From assembly GCA_053919585.1 (NCBI GenBank), contig CM132816.1: DNA of 64,000 bases, one strand, 5' to 3'. Position 1 is the first letter of the stretch. Each line of letters starts with the position of its first letter. A program made the position numbers and the translations under genes. Source of the DNA: Euprymna scolopes. Its lineage: Eukaryota. The notes beneath the pieces are model-generated. The model saw only the letters and a list, made by a program, of their open reading frames with translations, was not told the origin of the DNA and did no database searches. Of this stretch, positions 49,474-60,049 are shown in pieces.

Positions 49474-51450
49474 ATTTGATGATTACGCACCCACACAACA
49501 CACAAACACGCGGGCGCTTGTATCGGATAAGTCCTGGGCCAAGATAAAAAGTCAACATTGCCTAGCTCTAGTTCGGTTCGACCAAGTCAGAGATGACATC
49601 CTGTAAGCGATTCGCAAGAATCTTTGTCAAAACTCTAAGTAAATCATCCAAGTTCTCCACCGCAGGAATCCTTCAAGTTATAGGGCAAAATAAAAAGTCT
49701 ATGTCGCCTCTTAACGAAAAGAAGGTCAAATCGAAAATGAGTACCTAACAAGTAGGCCACATATTGCACCGGATGATCCACACAAAATCTGGCTTATCGT
49801 AACACTGGTCCCTGGATTGTGCGGTTCCTCCTATGGGTCGGGTTTGAGGTTTGGAAACAAGTTACCACCGCCAGCCAGCAAGGCGTCAGTATTGTCTGAA
49901 TACCCCTGGGTCGATGGAAATAAGTACCTAAGAAGTAGGCCACGTCTTGCACCGGATGATCCACACAAAATGTCTATATTTCCCAGGACCAATTAGAAAA
50001 TTCAGAATATTGTCTTTTTTAACGCTTTTCAAATAAAATCGCATTAATCCAATTCGTTCCTTTCTTCTCGATTCGACGACACACAAGAACATGTCTCTCA
50101 CTTGCATCGTCACTGCCAAAGCCAAGTTAAGTTATGGTCAAAATGAGGCAAAATAAAATGTCTACGTCGAAATAAGTTCCTAAGAAAGGAGGGATTCCAG
50201 CTCCAGGACGTACAAAGGAGACAAAAGTTAACGAACCCGAGAGACGGCGGCATCTATCACGGATTAAAACCGCATTACGATTGTTTGGATCTTGAATCGA
50301 TAAGTTCGGTTCGACCAAGTCAGTGATTCGCAAGAATCTTTGTCAAAATCTTTAACTCTAGTAAAATCATCCAAGTTTTCCGCCGCACCATACCAGTCAC
50401 TGAAGCAAAGGAACCCTTAGCAAAACAATTCTTAAGAGCCTGGGGACTAGACAGCCTTATTTAGTATCGGATATGCCTAGCTCTAGTTCGGTTGGACCAA
50501 GTCAGAGATAACATTCTGCAAGCGATTTACAAGAATCTTTGTCAAAACTCTACAAGTTTTTCGCCTTAACCGTATTGGTTAAGTTAAGCAAAAAAAATCT
50601 ACGTCAGATAGAAAATAATTACCTACAAGTAGGCCGCATATTGCACACAATATCAGTCTCATCATTCTTACCAATCCTTTCTTCTTCCTTTCTTCACACT
50701 TCGTCGCCGCCAAAGCCAAGAGGGGCAAGTGCCTTCGCCAAGTAAGCGAGAATTCCGAATTAGGCAGAAAACCCAGTCTCGGCGCCGAAACTCTTCACTT
50801 ATCTCCTCCTCCGAAACCCTCATCCCCTCCTGCAGAGCAAAAGGGTCCCCGTGTATTGTGCGGGTCCCACTTCGGTCTACCAAAGGGTCGGTTTTGAGGC
50901 AGCAAGGCGTTTTAATGACAATACTGGAGGTTACTGAGGTGGGCTTAACAAACTAGTAATGACTAGTTTGTTAAGCCCACCCCAGTAAGTTAAGCCCACC
51001 CAGGTAAGTTAAGTTATGGTCCGATTATTAGACCTCTGGAGCAAGATAAAAAGTCTACGTCGCCTCATAACATCCGATCGAAATAAGTACCTAAGAAGTA
51101 GGCCACGTCTTGCACTGGATGATCCACACAAAGACAATATTCTTTTTAACGCTTTTCCAAAAAACCCAGAAGTACTGTTTGTTGTATAAAATTGCATCAA
51201 TCCAATTCGTTCATTCTGTCACTTCCTTTCTTCACGCTTCGACGACACACTTGCATCGTCGCTGCCAAAACCAAGAGAGGCAGTGCCTTCACCAAGTAAG
51301 GGAGAATTCCGAATTAAGCAGAAAATCCAGTCCCGGCGCCGAAACCCTCCACTTCCGCCTCCCGAGCAAAAGGTTCCCCTACTACCAAAGGGTCGGGTTT
51401 GAATTTGGAAACAAGTTCTCAACCACCAAGGCGTTTTTATGACAATTCCA

Positions 51451-51695
51451 TCATGACTGATGTAGCCGTAAAGAATGGGTTCCAACTTGAACTCAGCACC
51501 TGAAAAGTAACATTCAAATTCTCTAACCAGCAACTGTCCGAGAGACTAGTTAGAGTCCGAACACGGTACCCCAGTTCGATACAAAACACCTGATGAAGGC
51601 AAAACGGCCGAAACGTTGTGACTATAACAACCAGTCCGACAATCTCAATAAATGAAAACACCTCATCTCAAAAATACAGACAATTAATATTTTGA
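51451..51695 (+). mobile_element. Penelope-like element pLTR fragment with hammerhead motif (51587-51620)
   Basis: CAC-CTGATGA-AGGC aaaacg GCC-GAAA-CGTT-GTG followed by AATAAA (~51647) is the usual layout of Penelope-like pseudo-LTRs. Confidence 0.7.
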
Positions 51696-52253
51696 CCTCT
51701 AACCAGTTTTTGCGGACAATCCCCGATTGTCAACTTGTCAACTGAGTAAGAGTTTTTAAGACTGAGTAAAAGTTTTTAAGAGTTTTCATATCCCGGTACC
51801 TCACTCTTAAATCGTACAATGCTTCAATTGAAAAATGTTGCAGCCATTTTGGCATATTACAACGCCATTATGTCATTAAAATTACATAAAGTAAAGTTGG
51901 AACAGTTTACAATTTAAATCGTAAACCGTTCGAACACGGGACTGATTTTCAGCAATTTTAATAAGCTCAATGTTGCTTAATTTTGATGATGACTAAGATT
52001 AAACTTGCTTAAGTAGATTAAACTTGGTTTACTTCATTTTGACGGTGACTAACATTAAACTTGCTAAACTAGTTAAACTTGCTTAATTAGTTAATAGGTT
52101 ATCTCTACTGGTAATGGTAATGGTAATACCAAGTGACTTCCCTTCTGTTCATGTTGTGATTTAAGTGATTTAAGCTGCAGTATATTGGGATTGTTGCTGG
52201 AGACGAGTAGATTTAATGGGTGATTGAAATGCCATTAAAGCGATCAATCTATA

Positions 52254-52373
52254 GACAGATTTTGTCTGGATCATCCGGTGCAGGACGTAGCATACTTTTT
52301 AGTACTTATTTTGATCGGATGTTAGAAGAGGCCATTTTAATTTGCCCCACGGACATTCGGACCATAACTTAGC
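52254..52373 (-). repeat. Isolated inverted copy of satellite modules outside the array
   Basis: Reverse complement of aagttatggtccgaatg, taacatccgatc, aaataagtac and gcaccggatgatcca..caaaatctgtct. Confidence 0.8.
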
Positions 52374-54431
52374 TAGCCTGTTATTGAATTAATTAAGTGG
52401 GCTTTACAGGGAGTAAGGCCAAAATTTGACGCTCAGGAGGACCACATTTTAGCACTGAACCTGAACCTGAACCGCAGGAAGTTTAGTAACGAATTGAGGC
52501 ACAACAATCAGATAGGCCGATGAAGTCTGCATTCTCGGTTTGGACCGAGAGAGCTGGAGAAAAACTGGTCGGAGAAAAACTGAATCGTCGGTTAAGACCT
52601 GGAAGGGTCTTTCGCTCATCCTTTACTCTTTACTTGTCTGTACTGCAAGACCGGCTTACCTCGATTGCAGAAAGTTCAAACGAGGGCGCCTTGGGACTTT
52701 ACTTCGTCTGAAATGTCTAGTTAAAATGTCTGAATTATCGCTACTTGCAAAATCTCAATGTCAATATCTCTTTTTTCATCACATCCTTTCTGCTTCCATG
52801 ATTTACTTGTTTGCCCCTGTTATTTAACAGGTCTCACTCAGCTAGACTTAAAAACTGCAGTTGTGCACACACATCAAAATTTCCGTCACGTATACGCGAA
52901 GAATTACATCTACGCGAAGAATAAAAACAAAATTGCATCCTGACGCTGAGCAGGTGACATACCACGTGATCAATTTTTTTGATCATTAGACATAGGGGAT
53001 CGTCTTGTCTTTGCCGATCGTCTTGTCCGTAAATATGCTGCTGTCGCCACGGGACTTGAAGACAGGCAAACACAGCCATTAGACCATGCGGTTCGAGAAG
53101 TCTCAACTAGAACGACAATGCTGACAACTGGGTCTTACAAAGCAATAAACTAGGGGAAATAAAAAAAATTGTTCTGTCAACGTAAATTCGTCACGCAACT
53201 GAACATCAATGATAGATAAGAATTGGAAGGCGAGTTTGTCAAATCTGCCAAAGTTTTACACATGGTTGAGTCGAAAACAGACTTGTCCTGATAAACTAGT
53301 GCAACTGGCATAGCGTACCTCACTGCTTCTCATGCAAAACCACAACAGTCACGGCAACTCTGAACCAGACAAGCCCAGCAACGAACTAGGACACAAAGAC
53401 CGCTATGCCTTAGGGGAATGAACTTGTTTCCATCGTCACACTCAAGATGACTTTTAAGAGGATATTCACTTTTGGCAGAACGAGAACGCCCTATCCAATA
53501 TCCAATCCAGGGATTGCGAATATCTCGCTGTCGTCAGGGATTGCGAATATCTCGCGTGTCTTACAGTTAAACCCAGGATGACGGTTGGTAACGACCAACC
53601 GTCATCCTGGGTTTAACTGTAAGAAAAATGATTTCATTTTTTTTTGTCTCAGCAGAATTACATAATTGCATAAATGATTAAACCATTAAATTCCACATTA
53701 ACAGTAATGTGGAATTTAATGGTTTAATCATTTATGCAATTATGTTTTCATCATCTTTTCTTTTACATCATGTAAAATGCAGAAAAATATGAATGACCTC
53801 GCAAACATTTCACATTTGCATTTCTAGTTGTTTGATACTGATGATGTTTGATGATGTCTGGAGTGGCTTTATTAAGCCACTCCAGACAACTTCTTACAGT
53901 TAAACCTATAGATGAAGCCTAACAAATTTACACAAATAAAACAAATTAAAATAGCCTTGATAGCAAGAGAAAATATTGCTCATACATACCCGGTTAATTA
54001 GGTTAAAATTATTTCCATATATGATATTTAAAATTCGTCTAAAATGAACTTCAATTTTCTCATTCTGAGCAGCGCTGTTTTGATTTGGTAACATGTTAAT
54101 ATATTTAATTGGTATATGATATATTTAATTATATACCTGCATTTTTATTACACACCAATTGAAAAAGACTCAGTTCTTGACATTCAATTTTCCGTCATAG
54201 CAATCGAACTAAATTTTTAATTCATCTGTTTTGCTTTGAAAGACATGTTTTGAAAGAATTTGTCTGCCTTTTGACGCAATTTTCAAGCAATCTAAAAAGA
54301 AGTTACAAAGCCTCATCGGACGACAGATTTGTAAACGTGTCCGACACGTTTTTACAAATTTTTTACAAATTGTTTTTACAAATTTTCATGATTGTTTTTA
54401 CAATTTTTAGAGCGTCCCGTGTACAAAATAT

Positions 54432-54960
54432 CTATAATATAAAGCTGAATGTGTGTGTGTTGTCATGAATGTGGTTGACTATTTTTAAAAACTGATTACA
54501 TATAATGATAGAAGATGTATCGAGACACAGGAATGGGTATGTTTGATCCTGCAGAACAGTGGTTCCTTAAAATTGTGGGGTCTGCGTTCACGCCTGATCC
54601 AAAAAGTATGGAAATAAAAAAACTAAAAATTAAAAAGAACGGTTACAAGTGTTTGTGTACATAAGAATACTTTGATAAGTTTATTTTAACTTACATAGGG
54701 ATGGTATAATAAAATTGTGGGGTCTACGTTCGTGCCTGGCCTCCATAGAAGGGAAATAGGCACAAACTTTAATAAAGACTTTTCATATTTATCTGCGTAA
54801 GTATACTTTGATAATTATATTTCAGTTTGAAAAAATATGGTATAATAAAATTATGGGGTATTCGTTCGCGCCTGACCTCCATAGAATGGAAATATGTCAC
54901 AAAGTTTTTTTAATATAGATCCACAGAATATGGTGATAAGTGTTTCAGTGTATGTTATGG
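54432..54960 (+). mobile_element. Helitron-like non-autonomous element with three ~140-bp internal repeats
   Basis: a|TCtataatataaag..gtgtgtgtg head. The motif aaaattRtggggt..cgttcRYgcctg recurs at ~54569, 54711 and 54847. Confidence 0.5.
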
Positions 54961-55399
54961 GGTTTTATTTTATTTTTACTTTGGTTTTGATACCCTCGAA
55001 GGCTATCTCTTTTAAACCCTTCCTTTTCATAACCTATCATACTTTAATAAATCAGAGTCCATTTTCTTTAGACTGTTTCTGAACCAAGTCAACAATGGGT
55101 ACTTTTATATATATATATATTTATTTCTAAGCAGTAAATATACAAGTAAATATTTATTTATTGTTATTAGCAAGTTGAGAAAACCGATTTAAAAACACAA
55201 GTATTGCATAATTTGCTATTAAATTACATAATTTATTATAAATTGAAAAAGAAATTAGGGGTTGAATTACCTTTTTTCAGCTTGGAAAGATAGTAGGTCG
55301 AATTATTCAATTTTTTTCACACATTTTTATTTTCGGTTTCTGATATTTCGCCGTCCAATTTCTCGTATCCTAGAATTTCAATTTCCTCTCCTCTCAGTG

Positions 55400-56330
55400 T
55401 TTGGATCACAGATGGCTTCTCAGACCAATCTGAGTGTGGAATTTGTGTGGGCAGAGAAGGCAAGCAATGCTTGGCAGGGGGCGCTGTTGTTCAGCACGAT
55501 TTTTTCTTGCCTCCTTTGTATGATGGATTGGTGCCACAGGCACCGATCCTGAGATGTGAAGATCAAATTTAGGGTGGATTTGAGTTGGTCCTGATATCGC
55601 AGTAGAGGGCGGCCGATCCCAACCAACGAGGTCTGTGCCTCATGATTGTGGCCTCAATACTGCAGCTGTTTGCTCTCTCAAGAACAATTGTGTTGGTTAC
55701 ATAGTCATACCATTTGCTCGAAGTTTTTGTTGGTGGAATTTTTCGAGTTTAATGAGATCACTTTGGTCTCACACCCATACAGAAGCATATCCGGTGGTAT
55801 ACCATGAGTTTAGTTTTTATTGAAAGATGTTTATTATTGAAGACGTGCTTCGTCAGTTTACCGAAAGCTCCATAGGCGAGGCAAATTCGGCTTTCTATTT
55901 CATTCTCATTTGAGCACTTTTCTGATTTTATGCTACTGAGATATGGAAACTAGGAGTGTCATTTATGCTTACGTCCTGTAACATCGTATTGAGTACTGGT
56001 TGTACACTTTTGTCTTACGAAGAGAGTCCGAAGCAATGGTAGGCTGCCGTGAAGTTGCTTACGGATCTCTGAATGTCTTCCTTGGCTAAGGACCATGTTG
56101 TCATCTGCATCTGTGATGTTGTTGGAATTTCACAAGGCTTTGAGATTTTAGTCAAACTCTTACCAAGCTGTTGATAGAATTCTCGTTTCACTTCACCCTC
56201 GGCGTCTAGGGTTGGTGCATATGCCGAAATGACAGTAATGAAGTAAGGCAGTGGGACTGTAAGACACATAAGTCTCTCATTTACAGCTGAGGCACGATAT
56301 GTGACTTTATAGCAAAGCCGCTTAAACGAT
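55400..56330 (-). mobile_element. Internally deleted RTE-clade LINE remnant
   Basis: Endonuclease segment ITVISAYAPTLDAEGEVKREFYQQL. Post-RT segment ICLAYGAFGKLTKHVFNNKHLSIKTKLMVY and LEKFHQQKLR. Confidence 0.8.
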
Positions 56331-56842
56331 ACCCTTTATAGCAAAGCCGCTTAAACGATACCCCACAGATGCAATATTACAAAATAACAATCTCAACATT
56401 CTTCTTATAATTAAGAAACACCAGAAAACTTACTTTGTCATTGAAAACTTCTTAAACATTTGATAAACATGATGCATTTCATTAGAATATTTTAACATAA
56501 TTTTCAATACTTTTATGGTGCTTAATCATTTCTACTAAAGGAATTTATCAGTACTTTGATTATTTCTTTAGCTGATATTGAAATTGCTTTCATAAACAAT
56601 ATTTATAGACATCAAGTATAGACATAGTAGTATATCTTTCATTTTGGTCTCTTGTTCTTACTGGATTCCAGGACAAGAATTTATCTAGTCTGGTGGAGCT
56701 TGAGGTCACTTGGAGAAAGTGCACCATTCCTTGTAAAAGTTAGCTATAGTGAGAAGATCTTATTTGGACTGCGAATACTATGTGATTTTAAATATTTGGT
56801 CAGGGCTTACTTCTAGTGAAAAAGTATCCTCATGCCATGTTT

Positions 56843-56983
56843 TTCTGACAAACCCCTGTACAGAGGGACCTTAGACACTCGAGGACAGTGTCTAGTAAGC
56901 ATTCAAGTTCTCTCAGAACTTGAACGCCTACTAGACACTATCCTCGAGTGTCTAAGGTCTCTCTGTACAGGGGTTTGTCAGAA
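56843..56983. repeat. 141-bp near-perfect inverted repeat (hairpin)
   Basis: ttctgacaaacccctgtacagag...aagttct ctc agaactt...ctctgtacaggggtttgtcagaa, with ~69-bp arms and four transition mismatches. Confidence 0.9.
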
Positions 56984-57099
56984 TTTCTATTTAGAAATAG
57001 AAAAACTAAAACTATTTATTTGAAATATTTATATTTTTTAAATTTTTGTTTTGATATAGATAAACATTAAATAAGTTCTTGGATATAACTTTAAATTTA

Positions 57100-58600
57100 A
57101 ATAACCTTGATTTCAGTAAAACATTCCAATTATAGTGCTGAAAAAGCTTCAAACAGAACTAGCTTTTAAGCTGTTTAAGTATTGTTTTAAGAAGAATTGC
57201 TTCTCAACACCCTGGAAAACCTCGTCTCGTATATAAAAATCCAGGTGATCGGTCATCTCCTTCTCAATACAGACCAATCAGTCTCCCGTGCGTCATGAGT
57301 AAGTTACTGGAATTTGTGTTAAATAGAGTAGTAGTAAATCACCTCAGCAAAAATAACCTTCTCAGTATTATGCAAGATGGTTTCTGTTCTGCTAGATCTA
57401 CAGCAGATCTTATAGGATTAGTGAATCTCTCGACAAAGGCTTCTTTTCTAGGACAATTGCTCTGGACATATCAAAGGCCTTTCATATGGCATAACGGTCT
57501 ACTCCACAAAATTCCAGCCACGGTATAGCTGGAAATGTCTTTTCAATTATTAAATCATTTCTCTCTGATAAGTTCATAAGAGTAGTGGTTGATGGGCAGA
57601 AATCAGAAGCCGGAGTTCCTCAGGAGTCCATCTTTGGCTCTTCCTGCTCTCCATCAATGATCTGCCAAATCACATCATAAGATCATTTGTAGACATTTAT
57701 GCTGATGGCACTCCCATCTATGGCAACACTTCAAAGAACAAGTTTTTTCTGATTCTCTCTCCTCTGATCCTGATCATGTGGTACAATGGGGAAAAAGTGA
57801 CTGGTTACTTTTAATGCATCTAAAACCAAGCTTCTATCTTTACATCTGATGATGGAAATACTCTGATCTCCATCTAGCATCAATTGAAATGAATGGCTCT
57901 TATAAGGCTCTATGTTTTGACAAGCTTCTAGGTCTGATCTTAACTCATGATCTGAGATGAAACATGTATCCATTGCAAAGGTTGCTGGAAAAATGGTGGG
58001 ATCGTTCTACCACTTCAGTAGATATCTCACTGCTGATGATAAGAGGCAAATATGTCCAAGGATGGAGTACTGTTAACACATTTGGGCAGGATAAGCTGCT
58101 AGAAGCAGCTTATTCTGCTTTGACAGTTAAAAATAGACTTCATAACCTAGTGAGGGATGCCCTTTTCTCTTCTCTGCAACCTCTTTCCCACAAAAGAGAC
58201 ATTGCGAGCTTGTTTCTGTTTTATCATTATTTCATGGCAAATGCTCGTCTGAGCTTTAATTTCATGAAAAACACTTGTCTAGTTGAAACCACTATCAATA
58301 ATTTCCCCCACTTTTTATCTCTTTATAAATGTTGATTCCATGAACTAAACTTCTTTCTTAGAGCTGCATGCATGTGGAACTCTGTTCCGTTTTCCTGCTT
58401 TCCAACTGACTATAATATGGTGTCTTCAAGTCCAACGTAAACAAATTCTTAATAAGTCATCCCCTTAAGTAATCCAATTCACCAAATTTCCACTACTAAC
58501 GATTACAACAACATTTTCCCACTGACTAATGTACACATTAACTCTTATCGTCGAGTGGCCTCTTAGCCTTGATAAGTGGTGACTTCTTTGCAAAAAAAAA
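57100..58600 (+). mobile_element. 5'-truncated CR1-group LINE (RT to 3' end), degraded
   Basis: QYRPISLPCVMSKL, GFCSARSTADL, AGVPQESI, DIYADG, LQPLSHKRDIASLFLFYHYF and WNSVP are recognisable; ends in a short poly(A). Confidence 0.85.
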
Positions 58601-59784
58601 ACTTCAGAAATATGAATATAAAACAGCCTTGAAAAGGTGAAATAAAAATTAAAATAATAGAAAACTAAATATAATTTGGTTTAATCCATGTGAAGTAAAA
58701 GCAAAGTATATCTAAAGTTATCTAAAATTATTCAGACAATGGTAAACTTAGTTATTGTTGTATCGTAAATATGCAAACAATAATAAATGATAACAATAAT
58801 TAATAATAATACAGTGGGTGTAATAGTAACAGTAATAAAAGCATTTCTGTAATTGTAGAATCAAAAGCAATGTTTATTTCTTGATTGACCATTTTTTATC
58901 ATCTGTTCAAGTTTCTAAGATTTGTGGATCAAAATGTTTTATATTCAAAATGGCCAAGTCTTTAATGTCCAGTAATCTTCAAATTTCCTGTTATATATCC
59001 AATAAAAGATTGCAATAAAGGAATTCCATTCCCAATCTTGGCACTGCAAGAGAATTAAATATTTGATTATTAAAAATATATTTGTATTAGACAAATTGTG
59101 TTATAACATTGTACATTAACTTAGTTAAGGGAGAGGAAAGTCAACAGTTCAAATCAACAGCAGCAGAAATATAGAGATGACATGATGATGTGAGAATATA
59201 ACATGAGTAAAGAGCTGTAAAAATTAATAAGAAAGCATACAACTCCACATGAAGATGGAATGCCCTTGTGAACATGTCGTTAGTCCATTAGTGTCACAAT
59301 GTTTGTATTTAGTTGAGCCAGATTCAAAATATAAAAAACAAATATATTTACATCGTTTTCCACAAATGATGTAAAAAATGTCAGGATAATAGATAAAACT
59401 GAGGTTCGAAATACCATTAGATGTTAGTTCGAATCCTCTAGCCACACTGATGATTCTTTGTTATGAAAAATATGTATATAGATATTGAACAATATTTATT
59501 ATAAGCTGCCTTTAAGAAAGAGTTCTCTGTAAGGGAAACACAAAAGAAATATTGCAAAGTTCCATTACAGAGGTTGACTTTCTCTGCTTGATAAATATTA
59601 GTTCCTTTTTTTGTTTGTTGTGTATTTTATTTCAGTAGCCACAAACATTGGATGGAAGTCAAAAATGACTTCAATCCAGGGTTCTAATCCTGTGACTGGT
59701 GGTATGATTTTATCTAGCCCTATCAATAATTCATTAATAATATATGTATGTGGATATTGAAAAATATTTATTATCCAATATATT

Positions 59785-60018
59785 AATAGGATAGCGTGTG
59801 TGTTACTTATTTTGTGTGTCACGCTTACATTTGAGTGTCATTTAATTATTATGGACTTCCATTTCTTGTAATAAATAATTTTTAATAAGAATTCTTCATA
59901 AGTTTCGATTATAGCTGATGGTACTCAAGGTCATTTATTTTTTTTATAAATAATTTTATCAAGAATTCTTCATAAGTTTTAGTTTCGGTTTTGATTATAG
60001 CTAAAGCAACTCAAATTA

Positions 60019-60049
<31 letters not shown>

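Larger units (their letters stand above)
26900..51450. repeat. Complex modular satellite array (~24.5 kb), CpG-rich, with higher-order repeats and inversions
   Basis: Dozens of copies of shared blocks: gattgtttgaatcgataagttYggttcgcaag, ctaaagcggaggaacgcttagcaagacaat, gcctcttatcgaaaat..gatcgaaaatga, gcaccggatgatccaca and gtctacgtcgaaataagtacctaagaag. Spacings of ~530, 300, 766 and 1680-1681 bp are readable directly. Confidence 0.97.

Noticed and set aside
49038-49505. 155-aa minus-strand ORF as listed in the track
   Set aside because: It has a non-ATG start and stays open only because of the 7-bp duplication. It is more likely a chimera of two frames; see the repaired ORF finding.
26900-51450. 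CRISPR-like repeat/spacer array
   Set aside because: The intervening cassettes are themselves repeated many times rather than being unique spacers. Units are hundreds of bp, no cas genes are present, and the context is eukaryotic.
53205-53460. Transposon accessory protein start (MIDKNWKASLSNLPKF...)
   Set aside because: A short motif resemblance followed by stops; not supportable without a database search.
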